Below, piece by piece: positions 25,941 to 38,200 of a stretch of DNA of 64,000 nucleotides. The notes under the pieces are model-generated. The model did not search any database, was not told the origin of the DNA, and worked only from the letters and a program-made list of their open reading frames with translations. The stretch lies in assembly GCF_006345805.1 (NCBI RefSeq), contig NC_042998.1:154256001-154320000 (forward strand), written 5' to 3'. How positions within the stretch are numbered: position 1 is the stretch's first letter; every line of letters begins with the position of its first letter. The stretch comes from Octopus sinensis (Eukaryota). A program made the position numbers and the translations under genes.

Positions 25941-26222
25941 TTTTAACATTTTCTAGAATTACATTATCAAATGAGAGAACATGAATGTAATATCTTTATA
26001 CATAATCCATAAAATCTTGTTTACTGGAATTTAACAGCCTAAATCTATCCAGGAAAACATTAATTGTATTCAGTTATAATAAAATAATGAAGTTTTAAAA
26101 TAATCAGTTATTTTAGATTTCAAAGAAATGCAGATGAAACTAAAAGAAGTAATGAAAAATTAAATCTGGAAGAAACCATAGAAATTGATATATCTCAAAC
26201 ATTTGAAATAATGTGTTCTTAC

Positions 26223-26328
26223 CATTAGCATTTAAGTAAGCAGTTTCCAATGGACCAATGAAAGCATAGCGAAAACCTAGACCTTCAGACATAACTTTGT
26301 CAAGACCCTCAACAGAAACAATATCTTC
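26223..26328 (-). CDS. CRYL1: CRYL1 coding exon
   Basis: Acceptor tctttattgcag|, donor g|gtaaga; 106 bp, phase 0-1. [35 protein letters not shown](G) matches the CRYL1 hallmark [18 protein letters not shown]. Confidence 0.96.
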
Positions 26329-27299
26329 CTGCAATAAAGAGAAGTTAAAGCAGAAGTTCACAAGCTAAATAGTTTATATATAGATAAATAATAGAAGGTA
26401 GGTTTATAAAGTAAGACTTATTGAATAAAGTAGGAAATAAAGTAAAGATAATGATAAATTACCAGTAAGATGCTATTTTCTCAGAAAATTTGATTTACTA
26501 TGAAAACTGCACTTGATAATTAAAGAAAAAAAAAACAAGTTCACATAGTTAATAAGGACTGATGAAATAGACAACCTGTACATAAATGGTCATTACAACA
26601 CCAGCATGATGTTGTCAGTCTAACAGAGTTCATGTCTCTCTAGGTTATATATACCTGTAAGAGGGTCTGAGCTTAGCATTGCAACTACAGAAAGTCACAT
26701 TCTTTGTTTTTTTCTGTATGTAATCATTTTTCTCTCATCTTTAAATATTGTTTTTATTTATTTCTATAGCATGTTTTTTCTGCATTTCTCATACTATTTA
26801 TGCAACAATAAATAAGTTTTAAAAATATGAAACAATAGACACTTGTCAATGCTCTAGTAGCTGTGTATACATATAAAAAGATAACAAATTGCAATTTGTT
26901 CTATACATTTTCAAATGTATATGCAGCCAGGTGAAGTGGCTTTTTGAGAGACAGTATAACAATTACTGAAAATAAATCACGAAAACCACTTAAAAGTGGA
27001 AACTTAGATGTCCAAAGACAACTTAAACTGATCTAGCAGAAAATGAACATTTGGTGTGGGACTCAACAAGTCAAGTACAGAGAATGTTGAGGCATGTCCC
27101 ACAAACAACAAGAAAATGATCAACTAAAATTAATAAATGATTAGCAGTAGGCCAAACTTAGTTTATCCACAACTCACAAAACTGATATCTTGATCTCATA
27201 AACTGAAACAATTTGCATTCAAGGAGTGTTTGGGGGCTTGAATTAAAATAGTTTTATATGTTTTGGTAAAAATTTTGTTTTTTTAATAAAGTAAACAGA

Positions 27300-27438
27300 C
27301 GCTTGCTTCACAACCATATGGGTTCAGTCCCTCTGTGTGACACCTTGGGCAAGTGTCTTTTACTATAGCCTCAGGCCAACCAAAGCCTTGTGAGTAGATT
27401 TGATAGAGGGAAACTGAAAGAAGCCCGTCATATATATA

Positions 27439-27470
<32 letters not shown>

Positions 27471-27603
27471 AGTCTGTGTTTGCCCCACCCTCTCACTTGA
27501 CAAGCAATGTTAGTGTGTTTACATCCCTGTAACCTAGCAGTTTGGCAAAAGAGACTCGTACAAGGCTTACAAAAAGAATAAGTCCTGGGGTCGATTTCTT
27601 TGA
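27300..27603 (+). mobile_element. CORE-type tRNA SINE, 3'-truncated
   Basis: ggttcagtccc...caccttgggcaagtgtc...gaaactgaaagaagcccgtc, (TG)n, aagtcctggggtcgattt. Confidence 0.8.
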
Positions 27604-28599
27604 CCTCGAGCCGCCCTTTGGGTGGCATTCTGGCTAGCTCCTGGTAAGCACTGATGCTGATCATAGGTTAATCAATAAGCATGGGGAGCAAGGTAAATGC
27701 AATGAAAATAGTGGGGGTCAGTGAGGCCCCATTTAAGCAACCCTTCAGAAATTAACCTCCGCAGGAGTTCATGGTACAAAATTCATTGTCATTGCTCCAA
27801 TTCAGTCACCAATGCTATGTATTTAGTTTAAAAGGCAGTAAGAATAGGGGGTTTGGTGAGGCCCCAATTAGGCAACCCTTAAAAAAATAGCCTCCCTTAG
27901 GATACTCCCTGGGATTAAGGGAGTTGCTGGTTTGAATTTCAATTGTCCTTGCTCCAACAGTCTAGGAGGAGTTAGTAAACATAAAAATGTAATGGACAGA
28001 GAAACATCACTCAAATTTACATTAAGATTATTATTATTCATTTAGTGGTATGCTATAGCAAACTTAAGAAATCAAATTCTTCAACTCTCTTTACTCTTGC
28101 TCTAAATCTCGAAAATTCCATCTCTTCATGTTTTGTTTTCAACCAGCCTTAATTCTGGAAAATTTCACTGCTCTACCTCTCTCTCTCAGTTTTATTAACC
28201 ACTTGCTTTTCCCATGTTAATTGTTAATTAGTAACTTACTTTGTCTGTGGTTATGCCACATCAGCTTCTGCTAAGGAATAGAGCAGTGCGCTCTTCCATC
28301 CCACCAGGTAACCACAGTACTTTGCCGTTCACAGTGCATTCCAATCCCACCACCTATACTAGCAGTCCTTATCCTCTGACCTCTACTGGATGTCTTTCTC
28401 CTGAGCACTTCTAACAGCTTACTATATGGAACACTTTCCCCTCCCTTCCCCCTCCATCCCTACCTGTTTACTTCCTGTTAAACATAATGATTATGTAGTG
28501 AATAAAATGATGGTGTAGTGTATGCAGGTAAAAGGCTATTTGTATATTTATGAGATCTGCCAAATGCGAGCTTCCTTTTCAGATGCATAATGTTGCTGT

Positions 28600-31500
28600 C
28601 CCCCATCCCACACCTTCCACACCCTCAGAGTTGGCACACTTAACGGCACATTGAAAGGTAAGTCTGGTGAGATTGTTAAGATGCTTGAATGGAGACGTGT
28701 AGATTTGTACTGCATACAAGAAGGTGGAGAGGAAGTTCTGCTAGGTTCCTCACAGGCAAAGAACATAGGTATAAGATTTTCTGGGTAGGGAACACTGATG
28801 GGATTGGGGGCGTGGGTATACTCCTTGTGGAGAAATGGATTGATAAGGTAATCAAGATAGTCAGAGTCCATGATAGAATACTTAAGTTTAGACTAGTGCT
28901 GCAACATGGATTACCAACCATTATTTCAGCTATGCCCCTCAGCCAGGGCTACCTGATGAACAGAAAGACCAATTTTATGACACCCTCTTGCAAACTACCT
29001 TGTCAACGAATGATAGCAACCATCTCTTTGTGGCTGGCGACTTCATTCAACATCCAGGGAGCTTCCATGGTGTACATGATGGCAACAGATTTGGTTCCTG
29101 CAATGAGGAGGGAGCCAGGCTGCTGGAGTTCTCTGATGGAAATGATCTTATGATCTGTAATACTAACTTCAGGAAACCTGCCAGTCACCTCTTCACCTAC
29201 CAGTCTAGTGGGCATACTAGTCAGATTGACTACATTCTTGCCAAGAAATGGGAAAGATGGCTACCTATAAATGCTAAAACTTTCCCAGGTGAAGAATGCA
29301 TCTCACAACATAGGTTAGTTAATGACTTCAGGATCAGGGCTAAATGGCTGCCCAGAAGAATACCAGCATGAAAAAGAAGGGTCTGGAAGCTTAAAGATCC
29401 TCCAAATGGACAGAGATTTAGAGACATTATTTGAAGCTCTTGATAAAAAAGAGGAGGATATATCATCACATAATGTGGATGAAAACTGGAGGTTCCTACA
29501 AGACAATATGAGGGTTACTGGCCAGATCTGCGGCTGGTGCAAAGTCCCCTCTTGATCTAAGGTAACGTGGTGGTGGAACAATATAGTTGACAGAGCCATT
29601 AGGGAAAGAAACAGGCATGGAAGGACTGGAAGTGTGGTGTTAGCAGGGAACTGTACCAGATTGCCAGAAGAGAAGCTAGAAGACAGGATTACTTAGCCAG
29701 AGGAAAAGTAGATAAGAAAAAATTTTCCAGTGTTCTGCATCATGAGGACCAGAGACTTGAAGTGCAAGACAGTGTGTGTGAGAGAATCATGATGTCATAG
29801 GAGAGAAATAAATTCACATGGATGATGGCTCACTTGCATTTAATGATGCTGCAAAGAGAGAGACATGGAGATGCCACTATGAAAGGTAGTTAAATGAAGA
29901 CAATGAATGGGAGAAAGAGAGTCTGCCAAATGTCAACCCAACAGAGGGACCAGCTATTCGAATTCACAGTACCTTGGTAGATAAAGCAATTAAGGGTATG
30001 AAAACAGGGAAAGCCCCTAACCCATCAGGAATCACTGCTGAGATGCTTAAGATATCTGGCAGTGTAGGCTATAGTCTAGTCACCCATATAGTAAGCCAGG
30101 TGATACATGAAGGAGTCAAACCCAATGACTGGTGTAGCAGCACCATATTCAACTGCTATAAACGTAAAGGTGACACATTAGATAGAAATAATTACAGAAG
30201 TATCAAATTGTTGGATCAGGTGATTAAAGTTATAGAGAGGGTCATAGCCCAACTAATTAGGGAGAGAGCTTAGACGAGATGCTGTTTCAGTTTGTGCCAA
30301 GGAGAAGCACCGCTGATGCTATATTTCTGGTAAGAGAGCTTTCGTTGACAGGGTCCCCCGATCAATGCGGAATCTAGAGATAGATGAGAGGTTGGTGAGA
30401 GCTGTACAAGCCATGTACAGGGATGCTGCCAGTAAGGTAAGGGTTGGGAATGAGTACAGTGAAGAATTCTGGGTAGAAGTAGGGGTTCACCTAGGATCAG
30501 TCCTCAGTCTCCTCTTATCATAGTCCTCCAGGCAATAACAGAGGAATTCAAGACAGGATGCCCCTGAGAACTCTTTTATGCTGATAACCTTGCTCTAATA
30601 GCTGAGTCACTACCAGAACTAAAGAAGAAATTTCAGGTGTGGAAGCAAGGTCTAGGATCGAAGGGCCTTAGAGTGAATCTAACAAAAGCCAATGTCTTAG
30701 TAAGTAGGAAGGTAGACAAATCACAAATCTCTTCAGGTAGATGGCCCTGCTCGAGCTGTAGAAAAGGCGTAGGAAGAATCTTCATAAGATGTACCCGGTG
30801 TAAGTAATGGCCACAAAGAGGTGCAGCAATATCAAAAGAAGGTTAACTAGGAAGATAGTTTTTGTGTGTGACAGATGTACAGAGGCAATAAACACCAAAG
30901 ATGTACAGAAAACAAATTCCATCACATACCAGGGGAAAAACTAGAAGTAGTTGATGGCTTCTGTTACCTAGTTAACTAAGTCAGTAGTGGAGGTGGATGC
31001 TGCTAGAATAAGAATAGTCTGGACAAAGTTCAGAGAGCTCCTACCTCAGCTGGTAACAAAGGGCCTCTCACTCAGAGTGAAAGGTGGACTGTATGATGCA
31101 TGTGTGTGAACAACCATGCTACATGGCAGTGAAACATGGGCTGTGACTGCTGAGGACATGTTTAGGCTTGAAAGAAATGAAGCTAGTATGCTCTGCTGGA
31201 TGTGTAATGTCAGTGTGCATATATGACAGAGTGTAAGCATCCTGAGAGAAAAGTTGGACATAAGAAGCATCAGATGTGGTGTGTTGCATATGGATTAAGA
31301 TAGCTGTGTGAAGAAGTGTCACACCCTAACAGTGGAGGGAACTTGCGGAAGAGGTACACCCAGGAAGACATGGGATGAGCATGACCTTCAAACATTGTGC
31401 CTCACAGAGGCAATAACAAGCGACCAAGACCTTTGGAGATATGTTGTGCTTGAGAAGACCCAGCAAGCTGCCAGTGCCAGTGTTGCATAACCAGCCCATT

Positions 31501-31875
31501 TAAAAGCACCCTTCAATCATCGGGCAATATGCTGTACTTGAGAATCTTGACTGGCACCCATGCCTGTGGCACGTAAAAAGCACCATTTGAGCATGACCAA
31601 TGCCAGTGTCACCTGACTGGTCCTTGTGCCAGTGGCATGTAAAAAGCACCATTCAAGTGTGGTCAATGCCAGTGCTGCCTGACTGGCCCCTGTGCCAAGG
31701 ACATCTAAAAAGCACCCACTACACTCTTGGAGTGATTTGCATTAGGAAGCTGTAGAAACCTTGCCAGATCAGATTGGAGCCTGGTGCAACCTCCTGCCTT
31801 GTCAATCCTCAGTCAAGCCATCCAACCCATGCTCGCATGGAAAATGGATGTTAAGCGATGATGATGATGATGATG
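28600..31875 (+). mobile_element. Near full-length decayed RTE LINE (APE endonuclease, RT, PHD-like finger, 3' UTR, (GAT)n tail)
   Basis: LRVGTLN..LKGKSGEIV.ML..RRVD..CIQE; AGDF; SQIDYIL; GKAPNPSGITAEMLK; NYRSIKLL; LFYADNLAL; frameshifts and stops throughout. Confidence 0.92.
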
Positions 31876-32300
31876 CTATGCATGAGAAGACTTGTCAAGC
31901 CAAGTGAAATCATAGTTGTGGATGTGTCAGTGTCCTGTAAATGGCATCTGTGAATTCATAGCCATGGCCGTTACCAGTGCCATGTAAATGACACCCATGG
32001 ACCATAGTCATGGTCATTACTGGTACCATGTAAAGGGTACCCATGAATCGTTGTGATTGTTGCTGGCACCTGTAAATTGTAGTCATGGTCGCTGCTGGTA
32101 CTATGTAAATAGCATCCATGTCAGTGGCATGTAAAAGCACTCATTACATTCCTGGAGTGGTTAGCATTAGGAAGAGCATCCAGCCATAAAAACCTTCTCA
32201 AATCAGACTGGAACCTAGTGCAGCTCTCCAGCTCATCAGCTCCAGTCAAACCATCTAACCCATGTCAGCATGGAGAGTGGGCATTAAATGATGAGATGAT
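31876..32300 (+). mobile_element. Second RTE 3' end of a different subfamily, appended to the previous tail
   Basis: Starts near the ORF end (gctatgcatgagaagac), has several short degenerate catgtaaa..gcacc units and ends with the shared ...ccatgtcagcatggagagtgggcattaaatgatg terminus. Confidence 0.65.
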
Positions 32301-32994
32301 ATAGTGAGACTCATTTCACTTCTGGCATGTTAATTTTTGCCATTTTGTTATGTGTATTTGTTTCAGCTATTTTATCTCCTTGAATGGGGGGGAGGCCTTT
32401 TATTCATTCTCTTAGCTCCTTTACCAGTTTCTACTTGAGATTTCCACTAGACAGCACAAACAAGCTATATTATTTTGCCTTCTTTAGCTCTTATGTAAGA
32501 TTTCATTTTGCCTTGACAGTATAGAAATGGCCAACAGTATTGTTTTGCCCTAAAAAAACAAAAGTATATTAAACTGAATGAGAAATCATTTGCCAGCTGT
32601 TAAACTCTTTCAGTTTAAATAAATGTACATTAGCTTTCTCTCTTCAATGACGGTTATTTATTTTCTTCTACACATTTAAATCTTCAAACAAGAAAACATG
32701 ATCACTTTCTTGAGAAATCTTATTAGTTTTGTAAAATATGAGAATATACATTCCACAACACATCTACTTATTGAAATAGTGTAACCAAATTTATTACTGT
32801 TCACTGTGGTGTTTGCAACGATATAATTTTTAACCACTACTGCTACAATTGACTTAGGCCCTCCCTCAAAATTTCTGGCCTTGTGCTAAAATTTGAAACT
32901 ATTTTTATTGCATTATTCTAACAACAAGATCAGAATTCCTGTAGGTATTCTTACTTTTATTCCTTTACTTGTTTTAGTCATTGACTAGTTCTGA

Positions 32995-33198
32995 TTGTAA
33001 CTCAGCAATTAGAGCAAGGTTGTCAGCATAGAGGAGCTCCCAGGGGCACCCTGTCTTGAATTCCTCTGTTATTGCCTGGAGAACTATGATAAATAGAAGG
33101 GAGCTGAGGACTGAACCTTGATGGACCCCTACCTCTACCCGGAATTCTTCACTGTACTTGTTGCCAACCCTCACCTTACTGACAGCATCCCTGTACAT
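32995..33198 (-). mobile_element. RTE LINE internal RT fragment
   Basis: MYRDAVSKVRVG...GVHQGSVLS.LLF...ELLYADNLAL. Confidence 0.85.
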
Positions 33199-33628
33199 GT
33201 TTACATATTTTTATATGAGTGGGTAAAACATTATTTACAAGCCATAAACAATTTCTTATAGTGTTCTGGCTTTGTTACACAAACAACTAAGGAATTTTTT
33301 AGTCTGTGTTGTGACAGTTGTAATATATTACAACTATCAATCACAACAGTAAGACTACATCAATTCTTTTTTGAGTCAGCTGTAAGCTTAAAGCTGTTTC
33401 TTCTGGCCCCATAACCAGCTCAGTATTTTTATTGTTACAGTTCTGAGACTTAAAAAAATCATAATTCAACTGTTGCACCAGAAAGCATTCTCTCCTCAAC
33501 TGGAATCAGTTTTTGTATCAATATTGCAAAAACTCCCTCATAAGTGATTTCAATAAGATTAGTGTGTGAAATTTCTGCTAGTAAAAGGTGACAATTTAAA
33601 GTCATATATTTAATGTAAAATTTCTTAC

Positions 33629-33823
33629 TTTTATAATTTGCCATGATGCCTGCAAAATAGCATACTGGATTCTGTTGATAAGAAAGCCATCACACTCTTT
33701 TTTCAGTTGTATTGGTACCTGGCCAATTTCATTCATAATTTTCTCTGCCTTATTCATGATTTTACTGTCAGTCCATGGAGCAGGAACAAGTTCAACTGCA
33801 GGAGCAAAGAAAGGTGGATTTAC
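33629..33823 (-). CDS. CRYL1: CRYL1 coding exon
   Basis: Acceptor ttttatcag|, donor aaa|gtaaga; 195 bp, phase 0-0. VNPPFFAPAVELVPAPWTDSKIMNKAEKIMNEIGQVPIQLKKECDGFLINRIQYAILQASWQIIK contains the NPP, VELVP and GF.NR.Q motifs of the 3-hydroxyacyl-CoA dehydrogenase family. Confidence 0.95.
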
Positions 33824-34129
33824 CTGATAAAAGAAATTTAGTTTAAAAATTAGTCCAAGATTAACGGATGAAAAATTTAGGATAAATCCAATTTCACAAA
33901 CATCAAAAAACTGTATCAGACTACACCATCCTTTTCCGACATTTTCACAATAGTTATAATTTTAGTTTGAATTTTATATTATTCCAAACTTGTACTTACA
34001 AGTTGTGTAATTATTATTAAATTATTTTACTAACAAGATCACAAAAGATCTATTTCTCTCTTCATCATTGGCTTTATCTCATATCTGAGAATTTAGTTTC
34101 TTCTTTGCTGAATGTTTCCCTTATGGTGA

Positions 34130-35482
34130 TGGCATTGATGACTATGCAGACCAATTCTTGATAAGAAAAGTCAACGATGTTGGTGGAGGACAAGGTTGAT
34201 TTTGTTAAGCCTTTCTCGCCTGTCATTTGATTTCTTCCTTTTCTCTTCTGGTGACTTTGAAGTTTTTGGTTTCAATGGTGATGGAACACTACCACTTGGT
34301 ATGGTCTTGGTCTTGTGTTTCAAATGATTTAGGTTCAATTCCAGTGGCTTTCAGTGTTGCTTTGAATTTGTCCATGTATCTTCGAAGAGAGCAACTCTGT
34401 GGTCTTTTCTCTGAAGTGAGCTCACTAAATATGACCTGACATGGGAAGCTTGACTTTTCCATTCTTACTACATGTCCTGACCATTGAAGACAGTGTTTCA
34501 TTATCAGTGATTCAATAACTTTGACTGTTGGCACTTTCCAAGACTTTGTTGTTGGTAACATAGTGTTCCCCATTTGATGCTCAAGTTTGAATGAAACTTT
34601 TGTTGGCAAAAGCATTCTTATTTTTGGATGTCGCAATGATATTCAGGTTTTGCAGCCATAGAGTAAGGTTGAAATGACAACAGCATCATAGACTATAATT
34701 TTTGTTAAGTTAAGATCTTTGAGGATTAACTTGATTAGCTTTCCAAATGCACCATTAGCAGCTCCAATTCTGTTTCCACATCCTTTTCTGAGATGCACCT
34801 GTTTGATAAACGACTGGTAAGATGGTATTTGGGACTGATTCAGCAAGGACCTTGGATTTCTTGATGTTTGCTGTAAGGCTAAAGTGATGGTAGGCCATAG
34901 CAAAGTTGTTCACAGACTGTTTGAGGAGTTCTTTTGAATGACAGAAGGCAGCATTGTCATCAGCATATTGAAGTTCTGAGATGTGCTGCATGTGTGTTAA
35001 ATGCTTAGACTGAACTCTACTAAGCTTGAAAAGTCCTCCATCTTATTGATATCTAATGTCAACTCCTGGATTGTTTGGAAGTTCATGAAGCATTGCAGCC
35101 AGATACTAGGAAAATAGTGTAGGTGCCAAGACACATTCTTGCTTTAGTCCACACATGATTGGAAATTCATCTGACAGCATGTTTTGGTGAAATACATGCC
35201 CAAACATATATCGTGCACTGCTTCAACCAAAGTGATAAAGTGATCAGGATATCCAAATCAATGCAGAACCCTTTACATAGCAGCTCTTGAAACCCTATCA
35301 AAGGCCTTTTCTAAGTCAAAGAAAACAAAGAAAATGGGCTTATGTTGTTCCCTGCTTTTCTCCCAGAGTTGCCTTGCACAGAAAATCACATTGATATTCT
35401 GGTAGGATCTTTTTGATGATTTAGAAGAATCCTAACAAAGACCTTTCCAGTGATGGAGAGTAACACTATTCCTCTATAGTTC
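34130..35482 (-). mobile_element. Decayed BovB-like RTE LINE
   Basis: NYRGI.L, QLWEKSREQ, FFDLEKAFDRV, LQYADD, STLLYGCKT, LQWSGHVVRM. Confidence 0.8.
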
Positions 35483-35483
35483 C

Positions 35484-36496
35484 GAGGAGTAGCTGTGTGG
35501 TAAGTAGCTTGCTTACCAACCACATGGTTCCAGGTTCAATCCACTGCATGGCACCTTGGACAGATGTCTTCTACTATAGCCGCAGGCCAACCAAAGCTTT
35601 GTGAGTGGATTTGGTAGACAGAAACCAAAAGAAGCCCGCTGTGTGACTGCTGAGGACATGCGTAAGCTCGCAAGGAATGAAGCCTGTATGCTCCGATGGA
35701 TGTGTAATGTCAGTGTGCATACTCGTCAGAGTGTAAGTGCCTTGAGAGAAAAGTTGGACCTAAGAAGCATCAGATGTGGTATGCAAGAGAGATGACTGCG
35801 CTGGTATGGTCATGTGGTGAGAATGGATGAGGATAGCTGTGTGAAAAAGTGTCACACCCTAGCAGTTGAGGGAACCTATGGAAGAGGTAGATCCAGGAAG
35901 ACCTGGGACGAGGTGGTGAAGCATGACCTTCGAACATTGGGCCTCACCGAGGCAATGACTAGTGACCGGGACCTTTGGAAATATGCTGTGCTTGAGAAGA
36001 TTCAGCAAACTCAAGTGAGACCATAACCTTGTGACCTACGCTAGAGGTGTAACCAGCCCACTTATGCGTACCTTTCCTTCATTGGACACTAAACTCTGCT
36101 TGTGAAAACCTATTGAGGCAAGTGAAATTGAAATCAAATTCTATGACAGCACCGCATGACTGGCATCACTGCTTGTGGAGCGCTAAGAGCACCATCTGAG
36201 CATGATCATTGCCAGGGCTGCTGACTAGCTCCTGTGCTGGTGGCATGTATAAAGCACATTTCAAGCATGATTGTTATCAGCGTTGCCTTACTGGCACATA
36301 AAAAACACCATTTGAGCATGGTCGTTGCTAGTACCGCCTGACTGGCCCTCATTCCAGTGGCACGTAAAAGCAGCCACTACACTCTCGGAGTGGTTGGCAT
36401 TAGGAAGGGCATCCAACTGTAGAAACTCTGCCAGTCCTCAGTCAAACAGTCCAACCCGTGCCAGCATGGAAAGCGGACGTCAAACGATGATGATGA

Positions 36497-36500
<4 letters not shown>
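35484..36500 (+). mobile_element. SINE 5' half fused to RTE LINE 3' portion
   Basis: SINE head 35484-35638 (ending gaagcccg) runs directly into [17 protein letters not shown]...GRSRKTW, 3' UTR and (GAT)n tail. Confidence 0.85.
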
Positions 36501-36529
<29 letters not shown>

Positions 36530-36533
<4 letters not shown>

Positions 36534-37827
36534 CGGCATTGCCCGGCTACATTCAATTGAAGAATTAGACTTTTCTGTTATATTTTATCTAATGAACTGG
36601 AATATCTATATTTCGATTTTCATCACCCCCAAAACATTGTAATCATGCCACATGTATCCCATACTACTGATTTTTATGCGCATATTCCAAAATTCCAGTC
36701 TTATTGAACCTGTTAAAAAGATTTTGCTCCTGAAAAATGAAGGTCACGGAGCTCTAAAATGTGAGAGTTAAAGCCCCTGTTGGGAGTGGGCTCTTAATGT
36801 CAACCAGAGAAGTTGAATTGAATTGTTGAGAATCTTTTTAACTTGGCTCTTATATCTATTGTTTGAATTTCTTTGAAATAAGAAATATATGTTCACTGGG
36901 TTTGTAAAAGAGAGCAAAGCTACAGGAAACCAAAAGACGAATGATCACAATAAGCAGTCAGCTACCCTACCCTAGTTGTTACCACTCCCAATGTAGGATT
37001 CCTCACTATCCAGGTGACAGACAAAGCCGTAAGATGCATTACGAATCTATAGCAATTGGAAGGGTGTGACCCAACTCAAATAAACATTAACAACTGTGTC
37101 ACGTGAGGGCTAAGGAGAAATGAAAGTTAGAGTTTGCAAGTTGCAAGAAATGAAAGTTGGAGTGTCACCTCTGGAGTTTCAAAATGACCACTATACTGAT
37201 ACATAACTGGACAGAATAATTTTACAATCTATAAATGTCTTTGAATAACCAGTCACTCATCTGGGAAGGCCTTGAAATCAATGTTACCATCTTGGGACTA
37301 TGTGTGACTCAGTGATAATAAAACGACTGAAAGGAGGTCTGCAATCAAATAACTTTACTCAACACTTTGCAACTGAATCAGATGCCTCTCATTTACTTGA
37401 CAATTTATGCACCACATTGCAGAAATCACAATGTAAGTGTATGTCAAAGCAAACTGTTACACTGTTGTACCATTGAATTACAAATAATGCTCATCTTTTA
37501 TGCTTGGGTAACCCTACAGCTTCTAAGAGCACAACTGTATTCGTTTTTTGCTTAGATAAAGTGACAAAATTGTGGGTGTTAAGTCCCCATGGAGGGGTCT
37601 TTCTAACTTGTAAGAAGATGAAATTTTATAAATATTACTTCATTTGTGTCTAATATGTATGGTTAAAATTTCATCAACAGCAAAAATATATGAATTGTCA
37701 TGGGGGTTATGGCCCTTATGCATAGGATATAATTTCCAAATTTCATAAAGATCCATTCAGTACTTTTGACCTAGTTTTGGATCATAAAAGAAATTACTAA
37801 AATTTGGGAGTTAAGGCTCCCATTAGG

Positions 37828-37830
<3 letters not shown>
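36530..37830 (-). mobile_element. Probable non-autonomous Helitron-like element
   Basis: Minus-strand 3' hairpin gccgggcaatgccgggtat; far end has aaatttcatcaac / tttcataaagatcc motifs reminiscent of such elements; no intact CTAG or TC terminus seen. Confidence 0.4.
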
Positions 37831-37907
<77 letters not shown>

Positions 37908-37935
37908 TATATAGATAGATAGATAGATAGATAGA
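37831..37935. repeat. (TA)n + (GATA)n microsatellite
   Basis: Perfect AT run followed by GATA units. Confidence 0.95.
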
Positions 37936-38200
37936 TACATTGATAGATACAACTGAGTGGGCAAACAAAAATATGAGACACAGCCTAGTGCTTTTTTTAT
38001 GTTGATAAGCCTGGTACTTATTCTATTAGTTTGTTCTTGTGAAACCAGTAAGTTATGTGGATGTAAATAAATGAACAGCAATTGTGAAGCAGTGATGAGG
38101 GCAAAACACAAAGACACACACATACACTTACATATATACATACATATATATATATATACGATTGATTTGTTTCAGTTCCTGTCTACGAAATCCATATATA

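Noticed and set aside
33459-33644. 61-aa ORF next to the CRYL1 exon as an alternative exon extension
   Set aside because: Different frame from the exon, runs through the canonical GT donor into AT-rich intron, no family similarity.
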